This document shows, piece after piece, positions 8,080 through 19,552 of a stretch of 64,000 bases of DNA. The stretch lies in the NCBI RefSeq assembly GCF_054482525.1, contig NZ_CM137006.1; one strand, 5' to 3'. The notes beneath the pieces are model-generated. The model had not been told where the DNA came from. It did no database searches and saw only the letters and a program-made list of their open reading frames with translations. The position numbers were made by a program, and so were the translations under genes. Positions within the stretch are counted from its first letter, which is position 1. Every line of letters starts with the position of its first letter.

Positions 8080-11000
8080 TTTCTTATTCCTCTCGATGTT
8101 CTCTGTTTCATTTTAGCTAAAATTTCACCCAAATCATCTATCCCTGCTGTTGCTGGCCCATCGGGTTTATTAATGTCTGGGAATAAATAGGGTTCTGCAC
8201 AAGTATATCCTGGTGGTAATTGAGTTGTTGGCCAAGTTGTCTGTGGCAGGTAATCACTTGCTGTCTTTGTCTCCATCCCTGGATACTGGGGATCATCCTG
8301 CGGCGTACAAGTCAGATTGGGTTTTACCCACTTCCTGCAATACAGTGTGTAATCGTAAGGACTTAATGCTCTGAAGAATGTTTTGAAAACATTAGGCGCA
8401 CTACTGGCCTGGTCAATAGGATATGGCAGTCTTAATTGTTTCGCTATGTCTGGCAACTTACTTGGATCGGGCGTAGGCGGTTTGTTGGGTCTCGCTCCAT
8501 ATCCGCCATTATTTAAGTGTCCATATTTAGATGCCAGTCCCATTGAATCTATATACTGAACCGGATTTAACGGATACTGATAAAAATTCCATCCCCCCTT
8601 CAGTCCAATCGGATCCTGAGTGATATACCGCCCCTGCAGCGGGTCATAATAGCGGTGGCGGTTGTAATACAGGCCTGACTCCTCATCATACTGCTGACCC
8701 GGCAGGCGGATGAGCTGCTGCAGCTGGTGCGGGTTATCCTCACTCAGCTGGTTACCCCATTCATCGTATTCTGCGTACCATTCTGTTGCCCCTTCCGTGC
8801 TGACAAGCGCCAGCGGCAGGCCGCGATGGTCGCAGTGGTACAGGTGGATTTTTCGCGCCGGCGTGTACACCGGGTCCATCTGGTTTTGCATCTGCTCCAC
8901 CGTCAGGCCGCACGATGCCAGCCAGCGGCGGCTTTCCTCACTCACCCGGTCAGTAAGGATTTCACTTTCCAGCCGGTCGAGCATCTGCACCAGCACCGGC
9001 GGGAACACCACATCACCACCGTCTTCACCGCCGGACTGCTGAAGCGCATCCGCCAGGCTGCGGCGCTGCGTTTTCGCCAGCTCACCGGTGGCAGTTTCAA
9101 CTCTGATGAGTGGCGTGAAGCTCCCCGGCTGATAAACCGTCTGGATGCGGGTTCTGTCGTTCTGTATCGTGGTCAGCCGGTCGCCGTCCCAGCCGTACCA
9201 GGTCACTTCCGGTTTCCGTGACAGCGACATCCAGCCCGTCAGGTCCCGTTCACGCCGCCACACCCGTTTTGCCACCCTGCGGCCCAGCGGGTCGTAAAGA
9301 TAGCGACTTTCGACCAGCGGCTCTGCATATTGTGTCCGCGTGTAGTGCACCAGCCGGTGCTGACTGTCGTAATGGTACTGGTGAGTCCGCTCATCATCCG
9401 TGCGGATAACCCCTTCCGGGATGAGGTCGGTTTTCTCTGTCAGCCTGCCGTGACGGTCATACCGGTAAAGATAGTGCGCGTCACGGGCGATACGGTTATC
9501 CGGCCACATGCTGAGGGTGCTGTCCGGGTGCAGCTCCGGGTCGGGCAGGCGGTTACCTGCCGGGTCTGTGGCATACGGGATGCGGATATCAAGGTTCGCT
9601 GCCGTGGTGTGAACGCCGGTCAGCCTGCCGGAGTCGCTGTAGCTGTAACTCCGGGTCTGGCGCGGGCTGCTGATGCGGATGAGTTCGCCGTTGTCGTTCC
9701 AGGTGTAATCGCGGTCATACTGCAGGCTGTTCAGATGCTGGCTCTGTAACTGCCCGGCAGGGGTGTAAGCGGTGGTGAGTTCATAACGGCCGAAGCTGCG
9801 CAGCGTTTCCCGGTGCAGGCGGTCGCGGGTGAAATCCACCAGCGGTGTGTCGCCGAGTTTCATGCCTGACAGCCAGCCGCTGCCGTAGGTCAGCCATTCC
9901 ACGGCGGGCAGGCTGTCCGGTATACAGCGGTTCGCCAGTCCCTGCGCGTTGTAAGCGTGTCTGGTTTCATGCTGCCAGAGCAGTGCTTCCGTCTGCGGGT
10001 GATGCACCGTCTGGCGCTCACCGGTCAGGCGGCCTTTCTCATCATACCCGTAATGCACCGTCACCCGGTGGCCTTCGCTGAGATGGCTGATTTGTGTCAG
10101 CCAGCCGCGTTCGTCATACTGCCACTGCTCTGCCGGTTCACCCTTCACGGTGCGGTGAGTGAGGCGGTCTGCTTCGTCATAGTGCCAGTGGGTGACCAGC
10201 CCCTCATCCTCGCTGCGGATAAGTTTGCCGGTCAGGTCGTGGTGATAACGCTGTGTGCGGCCGTCAAAGCCGGTTTCCTGTATCAGCCGGTCAAGTACAT
10301 CGTAACGGAAGGTGGTGTGGCTGCCGTTTTCACTGGTCAGGCGGATGACCCGTCCGGCAGCATCGTATTCCATACTGCGCGTCAGACCGCCCTGCGTGGT
10401 ACGGATGGCCTTTCCCCACGCATCGTACTGTGTCCCGTTTCTGCTGCCGTCCGGGGCAATGACGGCGGTCAGGTCACCGGCGGCGTTGTATTCATACCGC
10501 GTTTCATGGCCCTGCATGTCTTTCACCGCAATTAACTGTCCACGGCTGTCGTATGCGCGGTACTGGCTCAGGCCTTCCTCGCGGTGCACCGCCGTCACCT
10601 GACCAAAACGGTCATGGTCATAACGGGTTACATAACCGGAACAGTCAGTGACGGTCAGCAACTGACCGTAACGGCTCCATGTCATGGTTTTCCGGCTGCC
10701 GGTGGCATCCTCCGTTGCGCAGGGTAAGTCACTGTGTGGATTATCATAACGGTAGCGGGTGATATCGCCGTCAGGGGCAGTTTCCTGAATCAGACGGCCG
10801 GATTCATCATATTCCCGGCGTATTTCCAGCCCGTCAGTCCCGGTGGCTGACGTTAACTGGCTGTGGTGGTTATAGTAAAACGCCGATGCCCTGCCATCCG
10901 GCGTGGTGATGCGCGTGATGAGGCCCGTCACCACATCCGGGCTGTATTCTGTTGTCCGGCCTGCGGCATCCGTCTGTGCCTTAAGCCTGCCCACCGCATC

Positions 11001-12263
11001 AAACTGACTCTGCGTGACGCTGCCGTCCGCGTGTTCCTTTTTCACCACCCGCTTCAGCCCGCCTTCGCCCTGCGTGTGCAGCACTTCACGGCGGTCCAGA
11101 CTGTCGGTGATGGTGATGCGGTCTTTCTCATACTGATACGTGTAGCTTAAGCCTGCCGGGTTTAGCTGCTCTGTCACCCGCCCGTCGCTGTCGTAACGGT
11201 AACGGATTTCCGGCCGGCCCGTGTGACGGTGCGCCACCATCCGGCCCCGGTATTTATCATCGTAAGTAAAGCTGCGCACCTGTGTATTGCTGCGGTCATA
11301 CACCGCCGCCAGTTCGCCGCGCGGCGTCCAGCCATAGCGTACCAGCGGCGCGGCTGGCAGGTTATCCGGATATTCCGGGTCGTGCGTCAGCCACACGGCA
11401 GACAGACGGATGCCGTTGTCCCGGCCATATTCGGTGTAACCCGGCAGGGTATCAGGAAAAGCGGACGGTTCCGTCCCGCCGGAAATGGCCTGCTGCCGGG
11501 CTTCTTCTGCCCGCTGCGCCTGCGTGGTCAGTACCAGCCGGAAGTGACGCCCGGCACCATCCGTCACGCCGCTGAATTCGCCGCCAGCCTCACGGTGGAA
11601 CGTCTGTGTGCGCCCGAAGCGGTCCACCAGCCCGGTCAGTACCCGGTACGGCGGCAGCGGCGCAGGCAGCACCTCATCCGCCTCCGGCACCCGCTCACAC
11701 CAGCCGAGTACCCACCACGGCCCCTGCGGACTGTTCGTCGCCAGATAACGATGCGGACTCAGGCGAAGCTCTTCCGGCAGCGCCTGCCAGAGTGCGGCCA
11801 GCCGGTGACCTTCATCCAGTTTCGCCACGCCGCCACGCACCAGCCAGAGTGACTCGCTGCGGCTGTAACCGTCCTCACCGGGAAACAGGTGCTCAAAATA
11901 CAGGCTCCTGCCGCCGTTATCACTGAGTATCAGTGTGTTATCGCGCAGCTGTAAGCGGATATCCGCGGGCATTTTCCAGCCGGGGCCGAGGCTCCCCACC
12001 GGCGCGGGCGTTTTTGTCCGGTAACTGCTGTAGGTGCGGGAGAGGATGAACGGCAGCGGGCCGGGCAGGGCAAGGTCGGTTTCGCCGGGAAGGACCTTCG
12101 CGCCGAGCAGCGGATTGACCGGATGGCCGGACGTCACCCCGCCGGGGCACACCGAACAGGCCACGCCGGTGGGGGCACCGATGCGCACCCCGGCTGAACC
12201 CTGAACAATGCTACCGCCATACTGCGTCATGTCGCCCTGACGCGCCGCCGGTTTTCCGCTCAT
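8076..12263 (-). CDS. rhsA: Rhs-family polymorphic toxin: PAAR-like N-terminus, YD-repeat core, variant C-terminal tip
   Basis: 1395-aa ORF beginning [29 protein letters not shown], repeated YD/RY motifs, conserved [15 protein letters not shown] near the end followed by a ~170-aa proline-rich tip; sits beside yibF as rhsA does in K-12; GC-rich core. Confidence 0.95.
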   Translation of the reverse strand: MSGKPAARQGDMTQYGGSIVQGSAGVRIGAPTGVACSVCPGGVTSGHPVNPLLGAKVLPGETDLALPGPLPFILSRTYSSYRTKTPAPVGSLGPGWKMPADIRLQLRDNTLILSDNGGRSLYFEHLFPGEDGYSRSESLWLVRGGVAKLDEGHRLAALWQALPEELRLSPHRYLATNSPQGPWWVLGWCERVPEADEVLPAPLPPYRVLTGLVDRFGRTQTFHREAGGEFSGVTDGAGRHFRLVLTTQAQRAEEARQQAISGGTEPSAFPDTLPGYTEYGRDNGIRLSAVWLTHDPEYPDNLPAAPLVRYGWTPRGELAAVYDRSNTQVRSFTYDDKYRGRMVAHRHTGRPEIRYRYDSDGRVTEQLNPAGLSYTYQYEKDRITITDSLDRREVLHTQGEGGLKRVVKKEHADGSVTQSQFDAVGRLKAQTDAAGRTTEYSPDVVTGLITRITTPDGRASAFYYNHHSQLTSATGTDGLEIRREYDESGRLIQETAPDGDITRYRYDNPHSDLPCATEDATGSRKTMTWSRYGQLLTVTDCSGYVTRYDHDRFGQVTAVHREEGLSQYRAYDSRGQLIAVKDMQGHETRYEYNAAGDLTAVIAPDGSRNGTQYDAWGKAIRTTQGGLTRSMEYDAAGRVIRLTSENGSHTTFRYDVLDRLIQETGFDGRTQRYHHDLTGKLIRSEDEGLVTHWHYDEADRLTHRTVKGEPAEQWQYDERGWLTQISHLSEGHRVTVHYGYDEKGRLTGERQTVHHPQTEALLWQHETRHAYNAQGLANRCIPDSLPAVEWLTYGSGWLSGMKLGDTPLVDFTRDRLHRETLRSFGRYELTTAYTPAGQLQSQHLNSLQYDRDYTWNDNGELIRISSPRQTRSYSYSDSGRLTGVHTTAANLDIRIPYATDPAGNRLPDPELHPDSTLSMWPDNRIARDAHYLYRYDRHGRLTEKTDLIPEGVIRTDDERTHQYHYDSQHRLVHYTRTQYAEPLVESRYLYDPLGRRVAKRVWRRERDLTGWMSLSRKPEVTWYGWDGDRLTTIQNDRTRIQTVYQPGSFTPLIRVETATGELAKTQRRSLADALQQSGGEDGGDVVFPPVLVQMLDRLESEILTDRVSEESRRWLASCGLTVEQMQNQMDPVYTPARKIHLYHCDHRGLPLALVSTEGATEWYAEYDEWGNQLSEDNPHQLQQLIRLPGQQYDEESGLYYNRHRYYDPLQGRYITQDPIGLKGGWNFYQYPLNPVQYIDSMGLASKYGHLNNGGYGARPNKPPTPDPSKLPDIAKQLRLPYPIDQASSAPNVFKTFFRALSPYDYTLYCRKWVKPNLTCTPQDDPQYPGMETKTASDYLPQTTWPTTQLPPGYTCAEPYLFPDINKPDGPATAGIDDLGEILAKMKQRTSRGIRK

Positions 12264-12491
12264 CTGCTCATCCTTGTTTTATCGGGTTATTTGTCTGCTG
12301 ACAGGCGAAACCCTACAGATTTATAAGAAAGCCTTAAGTGAGATATCTGTCAGATAAGAACAATTAGGAAAATATTTATATCACCATGATAAATATCTGA
12401 TTTATTGGGAGGTAACAAACCATCAACATTTTCTGCCCTTTTTCCCATCACCAGGCCATACTGATATTTTTCCTCGCACAAAGGACTCGGC

Positions 12492-13100
12492 ATGAAACTC
12501 GTCGGTAGCTACACCAGCCCGTTTGTACGCAAACTTTCTATTCTGTTGTTAGAAAAGGGTATAACTTTCGAATTTATTAATGAACTGCCCTATAACGCGG
12601 ACAACGGCGTGGCGCAATTTAACCCGTTAGGGAAAGTGCCGGTGCTGGTGGCCGAAGAGGGCGAATGTTGGTTTGATTCGCCGATCATCGCTGAATATAT
12701 TGAATTAATGAATGTCGCTCCGGCGATGTTGCCGCGCGATCCGCTGGAGTCGTTGCGGGTGCGCAAAATTGAGGCGCTGGCGGATGGCATTATGGATGCC
12801 GGGCTGGTATCGGTACGTGAACAGGCGCGTCCGGCGGCGCAGCAGTCTGAAGATGAATTGTTACGCCAGCGGGAGAAAATCAACCGCAGTCTGGATGTGC
12901 TGGAAGGATATCTGGTCGATGGCACGCTCAAAACCGATACGGTCAATCTGGCGACTATCGCCATTGCCTGTGCCGTCGGATATCTCAATTTCCGCCGCGT
13001 TGCGCCAGGCTGGTGTGTCGACCGCCCACACTTAGTCAAACTGATCGAAAACCTGTTTAGCCGCGAAAGCTTTGCTCGCACCGAACCGCCAAAGGCTTGA
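12492..13100 (+). CDS. yibF: Glutathione S-transferase-family protein
   Basis: 202-aa [31 protein letters not shown]..., GST N-terminal thioredoxin-like motif; matches recalled YibF. Confidence 0.9.
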   Translation: MKLVGSYTSPFVRKLSILLLEKGITFEFINELPYNADNGVAQFNPLGKVPVLVAEEGECWFDSPIIAEYIELMNVAPAMLPRDPLESLRVRKIEALADGIMDAGLVSVREQARPAAQQSEDELLRQREKINRSLDVLEGYLVDGTLKTDTVNLATIAIACAVGYLNFRRVAPGWCVDRPHLVKLIENLFSRESFARTEPPKA

Positions 13101-13197
13101 TGCGCGATATGTCCTCCTGACCCATCTCACGTTACAATCCGTGGTTATGTTAAACGCCCTTCTCCGTGTGAGAGGGCCTTGATCAGCCAGGTTTCCT

Positions 13198-14589
13198 ATG
13201 ACAACCGAAACGCGTTCCCTCTATAGTCAACTTCCGGCTATTGATCGCTTATTGCGCGATAGCTCCTTCCTTTCTTTGCGTGATACTTATGGCCACACCC
13301 GCGTAGTGGAATTGCTGCGTCAGATGCTTGACGAAGCGCGAGAAGTGATTCGTGATAGCCAGACGCTGCCCGCATGGTGTGAAAACTGGGCGCAAGAAGT
13401 CGATGCCCGACTGACAAAGGAGGCGCAGAGCGCGCTGCGTCCGGTGATCAACCTGACGGGAACCGTGCTGCATACCAATCTTGGGCGAGCTTTACAGGCG
13501 GAAGCCGCAGTGGAAGCCGTTGCGCAGGCTATGCGTTCGCCAGTGACCCTCGAGTACGATCTGGACGACGCCGGACGCGGACATCGCGATCGGGCGCTGG
13601 CGCAGCTGCTGTGCCGCATTACGGGGGCGGAAGATGCCTGTATCGTTAATAACAATGCGGCGGCGGTATTCTTGATGTTGGCGGCCACTGCCAGTGGGAA
13701 AGAGGTGGTGGTATCTCGCGGCGAACTGGTGGAGATTGGCGGCGCGTTTCGTATTCCTGATGTCATGCGTCAGGCAGGCTGCACCCTACACGAAGTGGGG
13801 ACCACCAACCGCACGCACGCTAATGATTATCGTCAGGCGGTGAATGAAAATACCGCGCTGTTGATGAAAGTACATACCAGTAACTACAGCATTCAGGGAT
13901 TCACCAAAGCGATAGATGAAGCGGAACTGGTGGCGCTCGGCAAAGAGCTGGATGTTCCCGTAGTGACTGATTTAGGCAGTGGCTCGCTGGTTGATCTTAG
14001 CCAGTACGGTTTGCCGAAAGAGCCAATGCCGCAGGAGTTGATTGCGGCGGGTGTCAGTCTGGTGAGCTTCTCCGGCGACAAGTTGTTAGGTGGGCCGCAG
14101 GCAGGAATTATTGTTGGTAAAAAAGAGATGATCGCCCGCCTGCAAAGCCACCCGCTGAAGCGTGCATTACGCGCGGATAAAATGACCCTCGCGGCGCTGG
14201 AAGCCACGTTGCGTCTTTATTTACACCCTGAAGCTCTGAGTGAAAAATTACCGACCCTGCGCCTGCTTACCCGCAGCGCAGAGGTCATTCAAATCCAGGC
14301 ACAACGTTTACAGGCTCCCCTTGCCGCACATTACGGCGCGGAGTTTGCGGTACAGGTTATGCCATGTCTTTCGCAGATTGGCAGTGGTTCGCTGCCGGTT
14401 GATCGCCTGCCGAGCGCGGCATTAACGTTTACACCCCATGATGGACGCGGTAGCCACCTTGAGTCATTAGCCGCCCGCTGGCGTGAATTGCCAGTGCCGG
14501 TGATTGGTCGTATTTATGACGGACGATTGTGGCTGGATTTACGCTGCCTTGAAGATGAGCAACGGTTTTTGGAGATGTTGTTGAAATGA
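13198..14589 (+). CDS. selA: L-seryl-tRNA(Sec) selenium transferase
   Basis: 463-aa [24 protein letters not shown]...; PLP-fold motifs; overlaps selB start by 4 bp. Confidence 0.95.
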   Translation: MTTETRSLYSQLPAIDRLLRDSSFLSLRDTYGHTRVVELLRQMLDEAREVIRDSQTLPAWCENWAQEVDARLTKEAQSALRPVINLTGTVLHTNLGRALQAEAAVEAVAQAMRSPVTLEYDLDDAGRGHRDRALAQLLCRITGAEDACIVNNNAAAVFLMLAATASGKEVVVSRGELVEIGGAFRIPDVMRQAGCTLHEVGTTNRTHANDYRQAVNENTALLMKVHTSNYSIQGFTKAIDEAELVALGKELDVPVVTDLGSGSLVDLSQYGLPKEPMPQELIAAGVSLVSFSGDKLLGGPQAGIIVGKKEMIARLQSHPLKRALRADKMTLAALEATLRLYLHPEALSEKLPTLRLLTRSAEVIQIQAQRLQAPLAAHYGAEFAVQVMPCLSQIGSGSLPVDRLPSAALTFTPHDGRGSHLESLAARWRELPVPVIGRIYDGRLWLDLRCLEDEQRFLEMLLK

Positions 14590-16430
14590 TTATTGCGACT
14601 GCCGGACACGTTGACCACGGCAAAACAACCTTATTGCAGGCGATTACTGGCGTAAATGCCGACCGTCTGCCGGAAGAAAAAAAGCGCGGCATGACCATCG
14701 ATCTCGGTTATGCCTACTGGCCGCAGCCGGATGGCCGCGTGCCTGGTTTTATCGACGTACCCGGTCATGAAAAGTTTCTTTCCAACATGCTGGCGGGCGT
14801 TGGTGGTATCGATCACGCGCTGTTGGTGGTGGCGTGCGATGACGGCGTGATGGCACAGACCCGTGAGCATCTGGCGATTTTGCAGCTGACCGGTAACCCG
14901 ATGCTGACAGTGGCGCTGACCAAAGCCGATCGCGTGGACGAAGCGCGTGTTAATGAGGTTGAACGCCAGGTAAAGGAGGTGCTGCGGGAATACGGTTTTG
15001 CTGAGGCAAAACTGTTTATCACCGCAGCAACCGAAGGTCGGGGAATTGATGCCCTGCGCGAGCATTTGCTTCAGTTACCAGAACGTGAACACGCCAGCCA
15101 ACATAGTTTCCGCCTCGCGATCGACCGTGCATTTACCGTAAAAGGTGCCGGGCTGGTCGTCACCGGTACGGCGTTAAGCGGGGAAGTGAAGGTAGGCGAT
15201 TCACTCTGGCTGACTGGTGTAAATAAACCGATGCGCGTGCGTGCGCTACATGCGCAAAATCAGCCAACAGAAACTGCCCATGCCGGGCAGCGTATCGCGC
15301 TTAACATCGCGGGTGATGCGGAAAAAGAGCAGATTAACCGTGGCGACTGGCTGCTTGCCGATGCGCCGCCGGAGCCGTTCACACGGGTGATTGTCGAGCT
15401 TCAAACCCATACACCGCTGACCCAGTGGCAGCCGCTGCATATTCACCACGCCGCCAGCCACGTTACGGGACGCGTTTCGCTGCTGGAAGATAACCTTGCC
15501 GAGCTGGTGTTCGACACGCCGCTGTGGCTGGCGGATAACGATCGCTTAGTGCTGCGCGATATCTCGGCCCGCAACACGCTGGCGGGGGCGCGTGTGGTGA
15601 TGCTTAACCCGCCGCGTCGCGGTAAGCGTAAGCCGGAATATCTGCAATGGCTGGCGTCTCTTGCACGGGCGCAGAGCGATGCCGATGCGTTATCTGTTCA
15701 TCTGGAACGCGGCGCGGTTAACCTTGCGGATTTCGCCTGGGCACGGCAGCTCAACGGCGAAGGGATGCGCGAACTGCTGCAACAGCCTGGCTATATTCAG
15801 GCTGGTTACAGCTTGTTGAATGCGCCAGTTGCCGCCCGCTGGCAGCGGAAAATTCTCGACACATTAGCGACTTATCATGAGCAACATCGCGATGAACCTG
15901 GTCCTGGGCGCGAACGTCTGCGACGTATGGCGTTGCCAATGGAAGATGAAGCGCTGGTACTGTTGCTGATTGAAAAGATGCGCGAAAGCGGCGACATCCT
16001 CAGTCATCACGGCTGGCTGCATCTGCCGGATCACAAAGCGGGCTTCAGTGAAGAGCAGCAGGCCATCTGGCAAAAAGCAGAGCCGCTGTTTGGTGACGAG
16101 CCGTGGTGGGTGCGAGACCTGGCAAAAGAGACGGGAACCGACGAGCAGGCAATGCGTCTGACGCTACGTCAGGCGGCGCAGCAGGGGATAATTACCGCGA
16201 TCGTTAAAGATCGTTATTACCGTAACGATCGGATTGTCGAGTTTGCCAATATGATCCGCGATCTCGATCAGGAGTGTGGTTCAACCTGCGCGGCGGATTT
16301 CCGCGATCGCTTAGGCGTAGGCCGAAAGCTGGCAATTCAAATCCTGGAATATTTTGACCGCATTGGTTTTACGCGTCGTCGGGGAAATGATCATTTATTG
16401 CGCGACGCATTATTATTTCCGGAAAAATAA
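14586..16430 (+). CDS. selB: Selenocysteine-specific translation elongation factor
   Basis: 614-aa ORF with N-terminal GTPase motifs ([21 protein letters not shown]). Confidence 0.95.
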   Translation: MIIATAGHVDHGKTTLLQAITGVNADRLPEEKKRGMTIDLGYAYWPQPDGRVPGFIDVPGHEKFLSNMLAGVGGIDHALLVVACDDGVMAQTREHLAILQLTGNPMLTVALTKADRVDEARVNEVERQVKEVLREYGFAEAKLFITAATEGRGIDALREHLLQLPEREHASQHSFRLAIDRAFTVKGAGLVVTGTALSGEVKVGDSLWLTGVNKPMRVRALHAQNQPTETAHAGQRIALNIAGDAEKEQINRGDWLLADAPPEPFTRVIVELQTHTPLTQWQPLHIHHAASHVTGRVSLLEDNLAELVFDTPLWLADNDRLVLRDISARNTLAGARVVMLNPPRRGKRKPEYLQWLASLARAQSDADALSVHLERGAVNLADFAWARQLNGEGMRELLQQPGYIQAGYSLLNAPVAARWQRKILDTLATYHEQHRDEPGPGRERLRRMALPMEDEALVLLLIEKMRESGDILSHHGWLHLPDHKAGFSEEQQAIWQKAEPLFGDEPWWVRDLAKETGTDEQAMRLTLRQAAQQGIITAIVKDRYYRNDRIVEFANMIRDLDQECGSTCAADFRDRLGVGRKLAIQILEYFDRIGFTRRRGNDHLLRDALLFPEK

Positions 16431-16489
16431 GGAAATGATTAATTAAGTTTTAAAATAAATTAATACAAAATTCTTATGAATTTAAAAAA

Positions 16490-16525
16490 AGCACATTGTT
16501 TAATGAATACAATGTGCTTTTTATT
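16490..16525 (+). terminator. Rho-independent terminator after selB
   Basis: Stem agcacattgt / acaatgtgct with 9-nt loop followed by ttttatt. Confidence 0.6.
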
Positions 16526-16619
16526 AGATTAATTTTGATAAACAATAATACTGATCATATTTTCGAATGAAAATCCTCAGTAAGCTGCCCGCCCTTTTTT
16601 ACACTTTCAGGAGTGTGTT

Positions 16620-17771
16620 ATGGCAGCTTCAACCTTTTTTATTCCTTCCGTGAATGTTATTGGTGCTGATTCATTGAATGATGCAATGAATATGATGGCA
16701 GATTATGGATTTACCCGTACCTTAATTGTCACTGACAATATGTTAACGAAATTGGGTATGGCGGGTGATGTGCAAAAAGCACTGGAAGAACGCAATATTT
16801 TTAGCGTTATTTATGATGGCACCCAACCTAACCCCACCACGGAAAACGTCGCTGCAGGTTTGAAATTACTTAAAGAAAATAATTGCGATAGCGTGATCTC
16901 CTTAGGCGGTGGTTCTCCGCACGACTGCGCAAAAGGTATTGCGCTGGTGGCAGCCAATGGCGGCGATATTCGCGATTACGAAGGCGTTGACCGCTCTGCA
17001 AAACCGCAGCTGCCGATGATCGCCATCAACACCACGGCGGGTACGGCCTCTGAAATGACCCGTTTCTGCATCATCACTGACGAAGCGCGTCATATCAAAA
17101 TGGCGATTGTTGATAAACATGTCACTCCGTTGCTTTCTGTCAATGACTCCTCTCTGATGATTGGTATGCCGCAGTCACTGACCGCCGCAACGGGTATGGA
17201 TGCCTTAACGCACGCTATCGAAGCGTATGTTTCTATTGCTGCCACGCCGATCACTGACGCTTGTGCATTGAAAGCGGTGACCATGATTGCCGAAAACCTG
17301 CCGTTAGCCGTTGAAAATGGCAGCAATGCTAAAGCGCGTGAAGCAATGGCTTATGCCCAGTTCCTCGCTGGCATGGCATTCAACAACGCTTCTCTGGGTT
17401 ATGTTCATGCGATGGCGCACCAGCTGGGCGGTTTCTACAATCTGCCGCACGGTGTATGTAACGCCGTTCTGCTGCCGCATGTTCAGGTATTCAACAGCAA
17501 AGTCGCCGCTGCGCGTCTGCGTGACTGTGCTGCTGCTATGGGCGTGAACGTGACAGGCAAAAATGACGCGGAAGGCGCAGAAGCGTGCATCAATGCCATC
17601 CGTGAACTGGCGAAGAAAGTGAATATCCCGGCAGGCCTGCGTGACCTGAACGTGAAAGAAGAGGATTTCGCGGTACTGGCCACCAATGCCCTGAAAGATG
17701 CGTGTGGGTTTACTAACCCGATTCAGGCAACTCACGAAGAAATTGTGGCGATTTATCGCGCTGCGATGTAA
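16620..17771 (+). CDS. yiaY: Iron-containing (group III) alcohol dehydrogenase
   Basis: 383-aa ORF with GGGSPHD and metal-binding His motifs typical of Fe-ADH; matches recalled YiaY. Confidence 0.92.
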   Translation: MAASTFFIPSVNVIGADSLNDAMNMMADYGFTRTLIVTDNMLTKLGMAGDVQKALEERNIFSVIYDGTQPNPTTENVAAGLKLLKENNCDSVISLGGGSPHDCAKGIALVAANGGDIRDYEGVDRSAKPQLPMIAINTTAGTASEMTRFCIITDEARHIKMAIVDKHVTPLLSVNDSSLMIGMPQSLTAATGMDALTHAIEAYVSIAATPITDACALKAVTMIAENLPLAVENGSNAKAREAMAYAQFLAGMAFNNASLGYVHAMAHQLGGFYNLPHGVCNAVLLPHVQVFNSKVAAARLRDCAAAMGVNVTGKNDAEGAEACINAIRELAKKVNIPAGLRDLNVKEEDFAVLATNALKDACGFTNPIQATHEEIVAIYRAAM

Positions 17772-17785
17772 TCATCATTCCCCCA

Positions 17786-17849
17786 ATGGCTGGCTAATTG
17801 TCAGCCATTTTTTAAACTCTCTCAAAATTTGCGATTTTTGAGAGAGTTT
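17786..17849 (+). terminator. Two tandem hairpins after yiaY (terminator plus 11-bp-stem inverted repeat)
   Basis: atggctg/cagccat stem followed by tttttt (17786..17813); then ctctctcaaaa / ttttgagagag perfect 11-bp inverted repeat (17817..17845) followed by tttt. Confidence 0.5.
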
Positions 17850-17971
17850 TAGTTATCTCTGTAATCCTTGCCCGTAAATTCGTGATAGCCGTCGTAAAGC
17901 TATCACCAGTTGGCGAAGATTTCGCCAGCCACGTCTACCCTTGTTATACCTCACACCGCAAGGAGACGATC

Positions 17972-19510
17972 ATGACCAATAATCCCCCTTCAGCACAGAT
18001 TAAGCCCGGCGAGTATGGTTTTCCTCTTAAGTTAAAAGCCCGTTATGACAACTTTATCGGCGGCGAGTGGGTAGCCCCTGCCGACGGCGAGTATTACCAG
18101 AACCTGACGCCGGTGACCGGGCAGCTGCTGTGCGAAGTGGCGTCTTCGGGCAAACGAGACATCGATCTGGCGCTGGATGCTGCGCACAAAGTGAAAGATA
18201 AATGGGCGCATACTTCGGTGCAGGATCGCGCGGCGATTCTGTTTAAGATCGCCGATCGGATGGAGCAGAACCTCGAACTGTTAGCGACCGCTGAAACCTG
18301 GGATAACGGCAAACCCATTCGCGAAACCAGTGCTGCCGATGTGCCGCTGGCGATTGACCATTTCCGCTATTTCGCCTCGTGTATTCGGGCGCAGGAAGGC
18401 GGTATTAGTGAAGTGGATAGCGAAACCGTGGCTTATCACTTCCACGAACCGTTAGGCGTGGTGGGGCAGATTATTCCGTGGAACTTCCCGCTGCTGATGG
18501 CGAGCTGGAAAATGGCCCCCGCGCTGGCGGCGGGCAACTGTGTGGTGCTGAAACCCGCACGTCTTACCCCGCTTTCTGTACTGCTGCTAATGGAAATCGT
18601 CGGTGATTTACTGCCGCCAGGCGTGGTGAACGTGGTCAACGGTGCAGGTGGGGAAATTGGCGAATATCTGGCGACCTCGAAACGCATCGCTAAAGTGGCG
18701 TTTACCGGCTCAACGGAAGTGGGCCAACAAATTATGCAATACGCTACGCAAAACATTATTCCGGTAACCCTGGAGCTGGGCGGCAAATCGCCAAATATCT
18801 TCTTTGCTGATGTGATGGATGAAGAAGATGCCTTTTTCGATAAAGCGCTGGAAGGCTTTGCACTGTTTGCCTTTAACCAGGGCGAAGTTTGCACCTGTCC
18901 AAGCCGTGCTTTAGTACAGGAGTCTATCTACGAACGCTTTATGGAACGCGCCATCCGCCGTGTCGAAAGCATTCGTAGCGGTAACCCACTCGACAGCGTG
19001 ACGCAAATGGGTGCGCAGGTATCTCACGGGCAACTGGAAACCATCCTCAATTACATTGATATCGGCAAAAAAGAGGGCGCAGACGTGCTCACCGGCGGGC
19101 GGCGCAAGCTGCTGGAAGGCGAACTGAAAGACGGCTACTACCTTGAACCGACTATTTTGTTTGGTCAGAACAATATGCGGGTGTTCCAGGAGGAGATATT
19201 TGGCCCGGTGCTGGCGGTGACCACCTTCAAAACGATGGAAGAAGCGCTGGAGCTGGCGAACGATACGCAATATGGCCTGGGCGCGGGCGTCTGGAGCCGC
19301 AACGGTAATCTGGCCTATAAGATGGGGCGCGGCATTCAGGCTGGGCGCGTGTGGACCAACTGTTATCACGCTTACCCGGCACATGCGGCGTTTGGCGGCT
19401 ACAAACAGTCGGGCATCGGACGCGAAACCCATAAGATGATGCTTGAGCATTACCAGCAAACCAAGTGCCTGCTGGTGAGCTACTCGGATAAACCGTTGGG
19501 GCTGTTCTGA
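17972..19510 (+). CDS. aldB: NAD(P)-dependent aldehyde dehydrogenase B
   Basis: Translation from ATG at 17972 ([33 protein letters not shown]...) gives 512 aa with ALDH motifs (ELGGKSP, catalytic Cys region); the 30 upstream codons of the ORF track are an extension. Confidence 0.93.
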   Translation: MTNNPPSAQIKPGEYGFPLKLKARYDNFIGGEWVAPADGEYYQNLTPVTGQLLCEVASSGKRDIDLALDAAHKVKDKWAHTSVQDRAAILFKIADRMEQNLELLATAETWDNGKPIRETSAADVPLAIDHFRYFASCIRAQEGGISEVDSETVAYHFHEPLGVVGQIIPWNFPLLMASWKMAPALAAGNCVVLKPARLTPLSVLLLMEIVGDLLPPGVVNVVNGAGGEIGEYLATSKRIAKVAFTGSTEVGQQIMQYATQNIIPVTLELGGKSPNIFFADVMDEEDAFFDKALEGFALFAFNQGEVCTCPSRALVQESIYERFMERAIRRVESIRSGNPLDSVTQMGAQVSHGQLETILNYIDIGKKEGADVLTGGRRKLLEGELKDGYYLEPTILFGQNNMRVFQEEIFGPVLAVTTFKTMEEALELANDTQYGLGAGVWSRNGNLAYKMGRGIQAGRVWTNCYHAYPAHAAFGGYKQSGIGRETHKMMLEHYQQTKCLLVSYSDKPLGLF

Positions 19511-19516
19511 TGTGAA

Positions 19517-19552
19517 AGGCAGGCAACGTTAATAGTTGTCTGCCTTTGTTTT
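19517..19552 (+). terminator. Rho-independent terminator after aldB, shared with the convergent gene
   Basis: Stem aggcaggcaac / gttgtctgcct (one mismatch) with gttaata loop followed by ttgtttt; the stop of the minus-strand 359-aa gene lies in the T-run. Confidence 0.6.

Noticed and set aside
8710-11926. Numerous 60-210-aa plus-strand ORFs across the rhsA region
   Set aside because: All are antisense to the continuous 1395-aa rhsA frame; the GC-rich Rhs core produces long spurious antisense frames. Translations are low-complexity (Arg/Pro/Ala-rich).
8076-12263. Repetitive structure within rhsA as a possible DNA repeat or CRISPR-like array
   Set aside because: The repetition is at protein level (degenerate YD repeats), not regular direct DNA repeats with unique spacers. 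No CRISPR-like array was seen anywhere in the window.
17882-17971. 30-codon N-terminal extension of aldB in the ORF track
   Set aside because: Known AldB N-terminus (MTNNPPSAQ...) starts at the ATG at 17972 with an AGGAGA RBS; similar ORF-track extensions were trimmed for avtA, xylF, xylA, yiaB, yiaF, ghrB, tag, sgbU, yibA and the GH127 gene.
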